A stretch of DNA of 64,000 nucleotides from Fibrobacter sp. (GCA_012515615.1 JAAYYB010000308.1:7761-71760), one strand, 5' to 3'. Shown: positions 1 through 9,855, counted from the first letter of the stretch. Notes: generated by a model not told the origin, from the sequence alone. Program-made: numbers and translations.

Positions 1-25
1 ACAGTAAACTATATGAGGCATCTGT

Positions 26-1057
26 ATGGGTTTTCCCTTTTTATCAAATGATTTAGGAATCGACCTTGGAACAGCCAATACACTTGTATACGCAAGGGGT
101 CGTGGTCTTCTTATCGATGAGCCGTCGGTAGTTGCTGTAGACAAGAACACCAGGAAAGTTGTGGCTATCGGTTTAGAAGCAAAGCGGATGCTGGGACGTA
201 CTCCGGGTGAGATCGAAGCGATTCGTCCGATGAAAGACGGTGTAATAGCGGATTTTGATCTTGTCGAGCAGATGTTGAAATATTTCATTCGTAAAGTACA
301 GAAATATCGTTTTTACTTTCGTCCAAGGGCGGTAATCGGTGTTCCTTCCGGTATAACTGAGGTGGAGAAGCGTGCAGTGCATGATTCTGCGGAAATGGCC
401 GGAGTCAGAGAGGTTCATCTGGTGGCTGAACCGATGGCATCTGCAATAGGTATGGGAATACCTGTAAATGAGCCTTCAGGTAACATGGTTATTGATATCG
501 GAGGAGGGACCGCGGAGATAGCGGTGCTTGCTCTTAACGGCATGGTTTGTGACATGTCTGTAAGGGTGGGTGGTGATGAGATGGATGATGCGATTGTATC
601 TTATCTGAAAAAGACATATAATCTGCTTGTTGGAGAGAGTACTGCGGAGCAGATCAAGATACAGATTGGGTCCGCTTTTCCTCTTGAGGAGGAGCTTGAG
701 ATGGAGGTTAAGGGAAGGGATCTGGTGGCCGGGATTCCAAAGACTCTGCGTATTACCTCCACAGAGATCCGTGATGCTCTCAATGAGCCGATCTCGACCA
801 TTATAGAAGGTGTGAAGCAGGCGCTGGAGCAGACTCCTCCGGAGCTGTCGGCAGATATACTTGATAAAGGAATAATCATGACCGGTGGATCTTCACTGCT
901 TCGGGGCCTTGATGAGAGGCTGAGGCAGGAGACCAATCTTCCGGTAAATGTGATAGACGAGCCATTGACATGTGTAGCCCGCGGTTCCCTGAAAATCATT
1001 GAAGATCTTGATAAATATTCACCTGTTCTGATGCCTGCCGGCAGAAGAAGCAGATAA
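26..1057 (+). CDS. mreB: Rod shape-determining actin homologue MreB
   Basis: 343-aa ORF with actin/Hsp70-fold motifs DLGIDLGTANT, VIDIGGGTAEIA and MTGGSSLLRGL. It is followed by mreC, mreD, PBP2 and rodA. Confidence 0.95.
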   Translation: MGFPFLSNDLGIDLGTANTLVYARGRGLLIDEPSVVAVDKNTRKVVAIGLEAKRMLGRTPGEIEAIRPMKDGVIADFDLVEQMLKYFIRKVQKYRFYFRPRAVIGVPSGITEVEKRAVHDSAEMAGVREVHLVAEPMASAIGMGIPVNEPSGNMVIDIGGGTAEIAVLALNGMVCDMSVRVGGDEMDDAIVSYLKKTYNLLVGESTAEQIKIQIGSAFPLEEELEMEVKGRDLVAGIPKTLRITSTEIRDALNEPISTIIEGVKQALEQTPPELSADILDKGIIMTGGSSLLRGLDERLRQETNLPVNVIDEPLTCVARGSLKIIEDLDKYSPVLMPAGRRSR

Positions 1058-1145
1058 CCGGGGAGAAGCGGCGATTGTGGTCCGGCGCGTCGGTGGAAAA
1101 CACTGACCGATAATAAAACTTTAACCGTTTAGTAAAGCGGCTCAG

Positions 1146-1979
1146 ATGCACTGGATTTTCGAATTTGTCGTAAAAAATCGCAGCATATGTTCTCTTGTGT
1201 TTACAATTGTCTTGAGCCTCTGGATGATTTCAGGGTCTCCGGAATTTCAGGCAAAAACCGCCCGTTTATTGACAGTCACTATCTTTTATCCGCTTCAGGT
1301 TACCTTCAACAACGCTACGCATATAAAAAACATTTTTTCTGAAAACAGACGTCTGAATCAGGAAGTTGCTACTCTGAACACTGAATTATCGAGGCTCAGG
1401 GAAATGGCGGCTGAAAATGAGCGTCTGAGGGGACTGATCGGACTTTCGAATGAATTTACATATTCACTGATTCCTGTCAGGGTCATAGCCCGCGATCCAT
1501 CTGCAGAAAGCAAGGGCATTGTGGTGAATGCCGGGCGCAGGGACGGGGTACAGATGTGGATGCCTCTGGTCGGGGAAAAGGGCATTGTGGGTAAGGTGAT
1601 ACAGGTGATGAACGGGGTGAGTATGGTGCAGCTTATAAAAGATCCTTCCAACCGCACCAGTATCATGAGCCGCAGGAGCAGAACTGTAAGTATTCTGGAA
1701 ACTGAAAACGGCAATAACTTTTTCTTCCGCTGTCGCAGTCATGAGGATGTACAGGTTGGAGATACAATCGTTACCTCAGGGCTGGGAGGGATTTATCCAA
1801 AAGGCCTGGATGTGGGACAGGTAAAGAGGATTACCGATTCTCTGAATCCGCTTTTCAAACGGGTGTGGGTCGAACTGTCTGTTGATTTTGATCATCTTGA
1901 AGAGTTATTTGTGATGCTTTTGTCACCACAGTGGCAGTCTTTCAGGGCGGAATTTGATTCCCTGGAATTTCCCAAGTGA
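1146..1979 (+). CDS. mreC: Rod shape-determining protein MreC
   Basis: 277 aa with an N-terminal TM segment, a coiled coil (LNTELSRLREMAAENERLRGL) and C-terminal beta domains. The position between mreB and mreD supports the call. Confidence 0.8.
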   Translation: MHWIFEFVVKNRSICSLVFTIVLSLWMISGSPEFQAKTARLLTVTIFYPLQVTFNNATHIKNIFSENRRLNQEVATLNTELSRLREMAAENERLRGLIGLSNEFTYSLIPVRVIARDPSAESKGIVVNAGRRDGVQMWMPLVGEKGIVGKVIQVMNGVSMVQLIKDPSNRTSIMSRRSRTVSILETENGNNFFFRCRSHEDVQVGDTIVTSGLGGIYPKGLDVGQVKRITDSLNPLFKRVWVELSVDFDHLEELFVMLLSPQWQSFRAEFDSLEFPK

Positions 1980-1995
1980 ACAAGAGGGTGTGAAG

Positions 1996-2496
1996 ATGGT
2001 GCTGAAAAATATTTTCAAGTGGGCCGGGCTGTTTGTTCTGGCATTTGTGCTTCAGACCACTCTTGTACCGTCAATTTCAATTTTTCAATTCAGGCCCGAC
2101 CTGCTGATGCTTGTACTGTTTGCGCTAGCATTAAAGGCAGGTGTAATACCGGCTGTTTATATCGGCTTTTTTCTGGGATTGGCTCAGGACCTTTATTCCC
2201 CGTCCATTCTTGGTCAGAATGCACTTTCAAAAACCATTGCCGGATTTTTTGCGGGTCTTTTCAATGAAAAGCTGGTTCGAATTGATCCGATTTTCAAGGC
2301 GGTTCTACTTTTGCTGATGTTTCTGCTCAATGATTCGGTTTATTTGATAGTGCAGATGGTGAAAACAGGCGGTTCTATGCAGGGGATAGGAATGGAGCTG
2401 ATAACCGCCACACTTCCGCGTGCCTTGTATTCACTTCTGCTGGGTATGATCCCTATTCTGTGGGAGAATTATTCTCAGGCTACAGTAAGACGGTAG
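1996..2496 (+). CDS. mreD: Rod shape-determining protein MreD (polytopic membrane protein)
   Basis: About 166 aa and very hydrophobic with several TM segments. The ATG at 1996 follows a purine-rich SD, whereas the ORF-track start at 1954 overlaps the mreC end. Synteny supports the call. Confidence 0.7.
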   Translation: MVLKNIFKWAGLFVLAFVLQTTLVPSISIFQFRPDLLMLVLFALALKAGVIPAVYIGFFLGLAQDLYSPSILGQNALSKTIAGFFAGLFNEKLVRIDPIFKAVLLLLMFLLNDSVYLIVQMVKTGGSMQGIGMELITATLPRALYSLLLGMIPILWENYSQATVRR

Positions 2497-2500
2497 ATGC

Positions 2501-4444
2501 ATGGCTTTTGGATCACAGATACAGGATGAGTTGCAGGCGCGGCATCAGAAAAGCTACATTCTGATGGGCGCAGTAAGCCTGCTTTTTCTTGTTCTTATTC
2601 TCAGGCTCATTTACATACAGATAATTCAGGCAGATCTTAACATACGGCTTTCAAAAGAGAATGCCATGCGCCTGAAGGTGATAGTGCCGCCCCGGGGGAG
2701 AATATTCGATCGTAATGGCGAGGTGCTTGCCCGCAACAGACCATCCTACTCTATCTGCGTACTTCCCTACAAAGTCAAAAACCGCAGTCATGTAATCAGT
2801 TCACTATGTATGATCAAAGATTCCCAGGGACTGGCTGTGTTTGACAGCTCAGAACTTGAAGTTAACATGAGAAAAGCGGGGAGCCGCCGCTTCGATGTCA
2901 CCCGTCTGAAGGAAGATGTACCGCTTGATCTGGTGAGTGTTGTTGAAGAGCACTCAATGGAACTTCCGGGTGTGATTGTGGAAATCGAATCAAGAAGAGA
3001 GTATACTCTGGGGCAGTCGGTGTTCCATGTTGTGGGCTATATGGGTGAAATCCCTGAAGAGGAATTCTCGACACTGAAGGACCAGGGCTACTATTACGGT
3101 GATCTTATCGGTAAATCGGGTGTGGAGCGGCAGTATGAAAGTGCTTTCAGGGGAACCTGCGGAAGAGAATACGTTGAAGTAAACGCATACGGAAAAAGCC
3201 TCGGTCCCATTCCCAATATTCCCAGAATTGAGCCGCAGTCAGGAAATGACATCTACTTGACTATAGATTCAAAACTGCAGCAGGTTGCCGATATTGCTTT
3301 TCCGGATTCCCTGAAAGGGGCTGTAGTTGCCCTTGACCCCCGCACCGGAGAAGTGCTTGTCATGTTCAGCAGCCCTTCAGTCGATCCTAACATCTTCTCC
3401 ATGGCAACATCACTTAGAAGCAGGAACTGGGTTTCGGTTGCTACCGATCCCAACCTTCCCCTCAATAACCGCGCCCTTTCAGGAACCTACACTCCAGGGT
3501 CCACATTCAAGCTGATAACCTGTGTGGCTGGTATGGAGAGCGGACTTCTGGCGCCCTCAGCATATATGCCGGTTTCCTGTAAAGGGGCTTATCGGATCGG
3601 TTCCCGTGTCGCTCACTGCTGGAAACTCAGTGGTCACGGTAGTCTTAACATGATAGGCGCAGTGCAGCACTCCTGTAATGTTTACTTTTATCAGGCGGGA
3701 TTGAAGCTTGGTGACGCTCCGATAAATAAGTATGCCAGGATGTTCGGTTTGGGGGGGGTGACTGGAATTGATCTGGCAGGCGAGCGTTCGGGCTGGTTGT
3801 CAGGTGAAGAGGAATACAACAGAAGATTCGCAAAACGGGGGTGGAAATGGACAAAGGGTCTGGTGCTTGATATGGCGATCGGCCAGACCCAGGTTATAAC
3901 GCCCATACAGTTGGCACTTATGGCAGGGGGGCTGGGAAACTCCCATTTTCTCTACAAGCCTTTCATAGTTAAAGAAGAAAAAGACCGGAACGGAAATGCT
4001 GTGGGCAGGCACAGCCCGGAAATTAAAAGCAGGCTCGATCTCAGGCAGGAAACCCGTACTGTAATACATGAGGCAATGGATGCGGTTGTCAAACCGGGTG
4101 GAACCGGCGGAAGGGCATCTGTTCCGGGTATCGATGTGGGGGGAAAGACCGGAAGCGCGGAAAACCCCCAGGGAGATAAAACCCATGCGCTCTTCATGGC
4201 TTGTGCGCCTGTAAAGGATCCGGTTATCTCAATTGCGGTTGTTGTAGAAAATGCAGGCGGTGGTGGCGCAATCGCCGCTCCAATTGCCGGAGAAATACTG
4301 AGGTATTTTTTTGCGGAAACCCAGGAGGGTAAAAAAGTGGTAAGTGATTTAGGGGTCGACAGTTTAACTGTGAAAAGACTCGATACCATGGTTGAGCCTT
4401 TAAGACAGCAGTTGAATGCTATTTCAGGACAGGAAAATCAATGA
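2501..4444 (+). CDS. mrdA: Penicillin-binding protein 2 (elongasome transpeptidase)
   Basis: 647 aa with an N-terminal TM anchor and the transpeptidase motifs STFK (GSTFKLIT), SxN (HSCNVYF) and KTG (GKTGSAE). It lies directly upstream of rodA. Confidence 0.9.
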   Translation: MAFGSQIQDELQARHQKSYILMGAVSLLFLVLILRLIYIQIIQADLNIRLSKENAMRLKVIVPPRGRIFDRNGEVLARNRPSYSICVLPYKVKNRSHVISSLCMIKDSQGLAVFDSSELEVNMRKAGSRRFDVTRLKEDVPLDLVSVVEEHSMELPGVIVEIESRREYTLGQSVFHVVGYMGEIPEEEFSTLKDQGYYYGDLIGKSGVERQYESAFRGTCGREYVEVNAYGKSLGPIPNIPRIEPQSGNDIYLTIDSKLQQVADIAFPDSLKGAVVALDPRTGEVLVMFSSPSVDPNIFSMATSLRSRNWVSVATDPNLPLNNRALSGTYTPGSTFKLITCVAGMESGLLAPSAYMPVSCKGAYRIGSRVAHCWKLSGHGSLNMIGAVQHSCNVYFYQAGLKLGDAPINKYARMFGLGGVTGIDLAGERSGWLSGEEEYNRRFAKRGWKWTKGLVLDMAIGQTQVITPIQLALMAGGLGNSHFLYKPFIVKEEKDRNGNAVGRHSPEIKSRLDLRQETRTVIHEAMDAVVKPGGTGGRASVPGIDVGGKTGSAENPQGDKTHALFMACAPVKDPVISIAVVVENAGGGGAIAAPIAGEILRYFFAETQEGKKVVSDLGVDSLTVKRLDTMVEPLRQQLNAISGQENQ

Positions 4445-5718
4445 GAGATTTTCAAAGAAAAGGGATGTTTGACTTTCCCCTGTTTTTCGCTGCGCTCGCG
4501 CTCTGGATCATAGGCATTTTCCTGATATACAGCGCTACCTATTTCCACGAAAGCGGACCTCTGGCAGGTTTATACAAGCAGCAGATAATCTGGGTTGCTA
4601 TGGCTCTGTTAATAATAATGGCCATAGTTTCTATCCCGGGGCGGGTATTTTATGGCTTTGCATACGTCTTCTATGGAATATCCATAGTGATACTTGTAAT
4701 GGCGCTGGTGATGGGGGTTTCTACAAAAGGTGCTGAGAGGTGGATAATAATTGCCGGTTTCAAGCTGCAGCCATCAGAATTCGCAAAAATCGGACTCCTC
4801 CTGGCTCTGGCGAGGTATCTTTCAGAAAAATCGGTAAGTCTGGAAAAGATTACTACATTTATTGTACCGGGGCTCCTTATTGGTTTGCCTTTTATACTGG
4901 TTATGAAGCAGCCGGATCTTGGGACCGCGGGTGTTTTCTGCGCCATGGCACTTCCCATGTTTTTCTGGGGCGGACTGACACTTCTGGAGATTTTTTACAT
5001 AGTTTCCCCCATATTCTCACTGGTTTTTTCGGCAATTCCGCTGATTTTCTCCTATGGCAGCGACCACGGCTGGGGAATTGTGGGCGCTATTCCGTGGGGA
5101 ACTTTTTTCCTGGCACTGTGTGCGATTCTTTACTTCGCCAGACCGTCAATGCTGATAATGATAGGTGTGGTGGTCTCAAGCCTCTTTACGGCCACGATTA
5201 CTACTGTAGTCTGGAACACTTTTCTTAAAGACTACCAGAAAATGCGCATAATTTCATTTATAAATCCTCAGGCCGATCCTTTCGGAGCCGGTTACCAGGT
5301 AATACAGTCTAAGGTTGCTGTGGGTTCCGGGCACCTTTTCGGCAAAGGCTTTCTTCAGGGCACCCAGACAAAGCTCTCCTATCTTCCTGAGCAGCATACG
5401 GATTTCATCTTTTCGGTTTTGGGTGAGCAGTTTGGAATCGTGGGGTGTGCTGTGGTAATAGTGCTGTTTCTTCTGCTTATCGTGCGTGGGCTAATAATCA
5501 CCCAGTCTTCCAGAAACCGATTCTATAACCTGGTGTGTGTGGGGTCGGTATCTATAATAGGATTTCATGTTTTTGTGAATACTGCTATGACTATTGGCAT
5601 GATGCCTGTAACTGGAATCCCACTGCCCTTTTTAAGTTACGGGGGATCATTTGTTCTCACTATGGCTATACTTTTGGGGCTGATGCTCAATACCAGGGTA
5701 TCTGATCAGAATTTCTGA
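4441..5718 (+). CDS. rodA: SEDS-family peptidoglycan polymerase RodA
   Basis: 425 aa polytopic membrane protein with FtsW/RodA/SpoVE signatures (PEQHTDFIFS, GIPLPFLSYGGS). Its start overlaps the mrdA stop as ATGA. Confidence 0.9.
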   Translation: MRDFQRKGMFDFPLFFAALALWIIGIFLIYSATYFHESGPLAGLYKQQIIWVAMALLIIMAIVSIPGRVFYGFAYVFYGISIVILVMALVMGVSTKGAERWIIIAGFKLQPSEFAKIGLLLALARYLSEKSVSLEKITTFIVPGLLIGLPFILVMKQPDLGTAGVFCAMALPMFFWGGLTLLEIFYIVSPIFSLVFSAIPLIFSYGSDHGWGIVGAIPWGTFFLALCAILYFARPSMLIMIGVVVSSLFTATITTVVWNTFLKDYQKMRIISFINPQADPFGAGYQVIQSKVAVGSGHLFGKGFLQGTQTKLSYLPEQHTDFIFSVLGEQFGIVGCAVVIVLFLLLIVRGLIITQSSRNRFYNLVCVGSVSIIGFHVFVNTAMTIGMMPVTGIPLPFLSYGGSFVLTMAILLGLMLNTRVSDQNF

Positions 5719-5731
5719 CCGGTTCGGGGTT

Positions 5732-5778
5732 GCTAAGGCTTTCATTATCTTGATTTTATTATCTTGTCGATAAGAATC
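5732..5778. repeat. Degenerate fragment of the 168-bp MITE
   Basis: It shares GCTAAGGCTTTCA and CTTGTCGATAAGA blocks with the central part of the full copies at 8256-8423 and 20797-20964. Confidence 0.4.
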
Positions 5779-5792
5779 TCCATCTTCCTGGA

Positions 5793-5901
5793 TTCACCCC
5801 GGAGGTGAATTAGTAGCTCTACAGATGCATTACACAAGTTAAGTTGCTATCTCACCCCAGAGGTGCCTTAATGTTTCTCACCTAAATCATCTCTGGGATG
5901 A
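5793..5901. repeat. REP-like hairpin cluster upstream of the RayT gene (3 units)
   Basis: The units are TTCACCCCGGAGGTGAA (5793), TCTCACCCCAGAGGTG (5850) and the variant TCATCTCTGGGATGA (5887), where both stem arms changed together. A GTAGCTCTAC motif lies at 5813-5822. Confidence 0.7.
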
Positions 5902-5967
5902 ATTGTCATGGTATTTGCTACTATTAATAGCCTTAAACCCGAGACCACCTTCAAAGGATTTTTTGGC

Positions 5968-6942
5968 ATGTGCACCCAACCCAGAATTGTTGTTCCTTAT
6001 GCCTACTACGAAGTTACATCCGGGTGTATCGAAGAGCTCTCCATCTTTAAAGATGAACAGATGAAAATCTATTTCCTTGAGCAGCTCGCTATATCTCTTA
6101 AAGCGTTCTCGTTTCGGTGTTTATCATGGTCGCTGATGGATGGCCACTATCACCTGGTTATCAAGTCCAGCGATGTCACAATCTCAAAATTCATGCAGCG
6201 GCTCAACTCGGTAATTGCCAAAAAGTACAATCAAAGCCATAAGCGCAGAGGAACAGTATTTTCCAAACGTTTTTCATCTGTGATAATGCAGAAGAGAAAG
6301 AATCTTAAAAATGTTATCCGTTATGTGCATCTGAACCCTGTAAGGAGCGGAGACTGCACACTGGAGGAGCTTGATCAGTATAAGTGGAGTGGACACAAGG
6401 CTTTAGTGAACAAACAAACAGATGGCATTCTTGATTTCTATGAGGTTTTCGATGAATTTGATACCACCGCAGACCCTGTAAAAGAGTACAGCTATTACGT
6501 CAAATCTGCAGATTCTGATTGCGATGATGATGAGATTATCAGTAAGGTCAGATCTGCGAATCTGGGCAGCTACAGTTTCTCAGATCCGACATCATGGGTT
6601 ATCGGAGATGAGAATTTTGTGAGAAAAGTTTTAGAGGAGAACAGAAACCGCCGGATCAGATTAGCACTCCATGTACTGGAAAATGTTACTATCGATACCT
6701 TAACGCAGAGGATATGTTCCTGCGCTGGCCTGAAAAAAGAGGATCTTCTCCATCCAGGACGGCTGAATGAGGTTTCTACCGGACGGCAACTGTTAGCTTC
6801 GGTCGGAGTCTGCCATTTCGGGTTTTCCAACATAGATCTGGCAGATTATCTGGGAGTAAGTGGTTCTGCAGTATCAAAGATGATCACAACAAGCAGCAGA
6901 ATAGTTGGACTGGATTTGCTCAAAGAGATGGTTTGTTCGTAA
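5968..6942 (+). CDS. IS200/IS605-type Y1 (HUH) transposase, RayT/REP-associated type, with a C-terminal DnaA-C-like HTH
   Basis: It has the HUH motif in DGHYHLVIK and the catalytic Tyr context IRYVHLNPVRSG. The N-terminal PRIVVPYAYYEVTSG is typical of the family. The C-terminus (LADYLGVSGSAVSKMI) resembles the DnaA domain IV fold. The ORF opens at 5908 and the ATG at 5968 is preferred. REP arrays flank the gene. Confidence 0.8.
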   Translation: MCTQPRIVVPYAYYEVTSGCIEELSIFKDEQMKIYFLEQLAISLKAFSFRCLSWSLMDGHYHLVIKSSDVTISKFMQRLNSVIAKKYNQSHKRRGTVFSKRFSSVIMQKRKNLKNVIRYVHLNPVRSGDCTLEELDQYKWSGHKALVNKQTDGILDFYEVFDEFDTTADPVKEYSYYVKSADSDCDDDEIISKVRSANLGSYSFSDPTSWVIGDENFVRKVLEENRNRRIRLALHVLENVTIDTLTQRICSCAGLKKEDLLHPGRLNEVSTGRQLLASVGVCHFGFSNIDLADYLGVSGSAVSKMITTSSRIVGLDLLKEMVCS

Positions 6943-7164
6943 ATAGGTGGCTCTACCAGGTCCCTCAGGTTTCATTAAACGAGATTTATCCTCTTTTCAA
7001 TTGCGCTTTCTTCAAGAGATATCCTTCATTCACAATTAATCTTCTTTGCTCTGCTGAAATTCCGATATACTAATGAAGGTTGAGATTTGTTGATCCTGTG
7101 TAGAGTTTGGTGTAAGGTCGCGGTCATCTTGAATTTAATGAGGTCAGAAGATATTACTGCTCTG

Positions 7165-7404
7165 TTTCATACCCCTGAGGTAACTTTGTGATTTTAAAGT
7201 GTTAAAGTCAATGTGTCTTACCCCCAGAATGACTTTTTGATTCAAACATGTTAAATCACAATCTCACCCCAGAGATGACTTATCGATTAAACGTGGTAAG
7301 TCAATGTTTCACCTCAGAGACTTCAAGTTACTGTCTCGCCCCAGGGTGATTAATCTTTTACCACGATTTAACCACGTTAAGTCACAGTTTCACCCCAAGG
7401 TGAC
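7165..7404. repeat. Tandem array of about 6 REP-like units (about 45-bp period)
   Basis: The unit consensus is about AACGTGTTAAGTCAC-N-T(T/C)TCACCCCAGAGGT(G/A)AC, with cores at 7165, 7215, 7262, 7307, 7334 and 7388. The core forms a short stem (CACC/GGTG or TACC/GGTA). Confidence 0.8.
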
Positions 7405-7451
7405 ACATAGACTCCTGCAGCTCAATATCACATTCTGGCCGCTGTGATGGA

Positions 7452-7483
7452 TAAAAAACGCCCGTTTTCTGGAAACGGGCGTC
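7452..7483 (-). terminator. Rho-independent terminator of the 7526-8119 gene
   Basis: The minus strand reads ACGCCCGTTTCCAGAAAACGGGCGT followed by TTTTTT. Confidence 0.7.
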
Positions 7484-7525
7484 GAAATTAAAATTCTTCT
7501 CTGCTTCTGAACAATAAATGGGGGT

Positions 7526-8119
7526 CTACTGATTGGAATCGATCTTTGCCTGTGCTCTCTGGGCACGTGCCAGTCCTTCTTTGGAGTATGCAAAAGCAGC
7601 CAGTTGAGTTTCCTCTGATCCTTCCTTGAGTATCTCCTCACCATAAAGAATCGTCATCTTGTATTCCCTCATGAGGAATCGTTTTGAATCTTTTTTCTCT
7701 CCCTCAATGTTAATAACGAGGGTCCCGTTTTCCCCATTTATCATCTGGACACGGCGCCCGTAATCGTAGATAAAATCGATGCTGTCGGAACTGATCATCC
7801 GTTCCCCGTTATCGTTATTGATCCACATAGTGGGAAGGCAGTCGACTTTACCCTTTGCGGAATACCCGTTTCCTTCCACGTAGCCACTGGAGAGAAACTG
7901 AAGGTTCATGGAGGCATCAATTTTCTGTTCCGACTCTCCGGGGAATTTTCTGTTTAATTTGCAATCAAAATTTCCCAGATAAACGACCCAGTACTTTGCC
8001 ATCCCGGTTTTTCCGGTGTTACTGAGGTAAAACATCTTTTTCTCAAGGATATTTCGACCATAACTGATTGAAACTGCTAAAAGAAGAAACGAAAAGACAG
8101 CTATACTGAACCTTCTCAT
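7526..8119 (-). CDS. Secreted hypothetical protein
   Basis: The ATG at 8119 is preceded by an AGGAGG SD. A signal peptide (MRRFSIAVFSFLLLAVSISYG) is present and a terminator lies downstream. No family was recognised. Confidence 0.6.
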   Translation of the reverse strand: MRRFSIAVFSFLLLAVSISYGRNILEKKMFYLSNTGKTGMAKYWVVYLGNFDCKLNRKFPGESEQKIDASMNLQFLSSGYVEGNGYSAKGKVDCLPTMWINNDNGERMISSDSIDFIYDYGRRVQMINGENGTLVINIEGEKKDSKRFLMREYKMTILYGEEILKEGSEETQLAAFAYSKEGLARAQRAQAKIDSNQ

Positions 8120-8255
8120 GGAGCCTCCTAAGAAATACATGAACAGATTATATACCACATTAATATAAGATTTTTTCCTGCCACATTGTAATACATTAGT
8201 AGCTCTATGGCCTGAACCGGTTTAGGGGGACGGACTACTTTTATAATTTTAGTTA

Positions 8256-8423
8256 AACCTGAAAGTCGCAGCTGGGGAGAACAAAAAACCGCAAGATGTT
8301 GAGATGATAAGGTTTGAAGTTATTGCAGGTCTTATCGACAAGGTGATAAGATCGAGATGCCTGAAAGTCTTGGCGCTCAACAGATTAGGTTTTTTTGTCT
8401 CATCCAACTGCGATTTTTAGGTT
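8256..8423. mobile_element. 168-bp MITE-like palindromic element, copy 1
   Basis: The termini are AACCTGAAAGTCGCAGCTGG...CAACTGCGATTTTTAGGTT. The sequence aligns end to end with the reverse complement of 20797-20964. The centre contains CTTATCGACAAGGTGATAAG. Confidence 0.75.
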
Positions 8424-8502
8424 ATTCACCTCAGAGGTAACTTTGGGACTCTCCACAGATCCATTAAACGTGTTAAATCACTCTTTCACCCCAGAGGTAA
8501 CT
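8424..8502. repeat. Two REP-like units
   Basis: ATTCACCTCAGAGGTAAC (8424) and TTAAATCACTCTTTCACCCCAGAGGTAAC (8473-8502) belong to the same family as the units around the RayT gene. Confidence 0.7.
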
Positions 8503-8527
8503 AAAGAGAAAAAAGTAGTCCGTCCCC

Positions 8528-9565
8528 TCAAGAGCTCTTATGCTTGAGGGGGATTTCACGCCACATTCCCGAATATGGGTCTTTTATCAGTTTGATATGC
8601 GGTGTCTCCCCGCCGTCAAAGATTGTGAGTTCTTTTTGGCCGATTATGGTCTTGCCGAAAAGTGTCAGCGTCTCTTTCCGTACCGCCCTGTACTGTATCA
8701 TCAGGAAGTTCTTTATTTTTTCGAAATCCTCTCTTGATTCATTAAAGGTGAAGAACAGTGTGCCGATGCCCTCTGCATTCAGTTTCTCATGAATTCTGAC
8801 CGGAAGCTGTTTTATCTGTCTCCATCGTTCATAGTTACTGCGGGAATAGATCGAATATTTATCTGTGAAAAGAACATAATAAAAAGAGGCTTCAGGGAAA
8901 ATCTGGCGCAGGGGAGTGAAAAGATTGTTGAGTAGATCATCACAATCGACATTGACCTTTTCAAGCTTACTCTCCAAAACCAGAATGTGGCGTTTTCCTG
9001 AAAAACGGTAGTCAAAAAAGCCGTCCAGCTCTTTTATGTTTTCGTAACCGTATTTTCCCTTGCCGGTACGCTTGAGAATGATCAGATTTGGGTACTGCTG
9101 AATTTTCAGCACATAATGACTTGTATGGGCAACTATGAAGTTGTTGCAGTTTCGGATATCGAAGTTCTGGTCGAAAATGCCACCTGTTTTTCCCTGCTTG
9201 CTCCAGTGTTTAAGAAAATATTTGGTTATTCTCCGGGATATCCGTTCCGCGATCTCCCCCAGTATGTTTCCTTCTGACTGCTGGTCAAAGGGGTAGGTGG
9301 TATTAAGCAGATCTGCCACCGTGAATACAGCATAGCTGCAGTCATTGATGATGTATTCAACTATGATTTTGTTGAAAGTGTCCCTGTTGTCATTAATCTG
9401 GTCGTTGAGGTTGTGAAGTTTATAGCTGCCTGTGATGCCGTGGTTTCTCTTTACGGAGTATATTGATTCGACCGTTGAGTCTGGTGTCCAGAGAACAGGA
9501 TGAAACTCGTGGAAGGGGTCAGGTGCGGCTTTGTTATGTGCCGGCAGGTTCATTTGAGAATTCAT
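8528..9565 (-). CDS. Orphan hypothetical protein with a possible PD-(D/E)xK nuclease motif
   Basis: 345 aa and visibly more AT-rich than its neighbours. The segment ELDGFFDYRFSGKRHILVLESKLEK fits a D...(D/E)xK nuclease core. It is flanked by repeats on one side. Function is not established. Confidence 0.55.
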   Translation of the reverse strand: MNSQMNLPAHNKAAPDPFHEFHPVLWTPDSTVESIYSVKRNHGITGSYKLHNLNDQINDNRDTFNKIIVEYIINDCSYAVFTVADLLNTTYPFDQQSEGNILGEIAERISRRITKYFLKHWSKQGKTGGIFDQNFDIRNCNNFIVAHTSHYVLKIQQYPNLIILKRTGKGKYGYENIKELDGFFDYRFSGKRHILVLESKLEKVNVDCDDLLNNLFTPLRQIFPEASFYYVLFTDKYSIYSRSNYERWRQIKQLPVRIHEKLNAEGIGTLFFTFNESREDFEKIKNFLMIQYRAVRKETLTLFGKTIIGQKELTIFDGGETPHIKLIKDPYSGMWREIPLKHKSS

Positions 9566-9855
9566 AATGTAAATATAGACTGGTGCGCTGAGGTTTTCCT
9601 ACTGCGTATTGTTTTTGAGAAAAGCCTGGAGTTGCTCTGAAACTGGCAAGATAAGTCAGGTACTATGGGAGAGTTGAATTATCAATCGTGTGTGTTCGCT
9701 TTTTTAGGAATGAAATGTATTAATAATGTATATTAGTATTCAGTAACAATCCCTGTATCGTTGCATTAGAATCCTCAGAATATGTATTTTTCAAAGGATT
9801 TACCCCGAAGGTTGCCAAGGCAGGGTTTCGAGACATTTTTCATTGGAAATTTTTT

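Larger units (their letters stand above)
8226..8527. repeat. Perfect 17-bp inverted repeat pair enclosing the MITE and 2 REP units
   Basis: GGGGACGGACTACTTTT (8226-8242) is the exact reverse complement of AAAAGTAGTCCGTCCCC (8511-8527). The right arm abuts the stop codon of the 8528-9565 gene. Confidence 0.8.
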
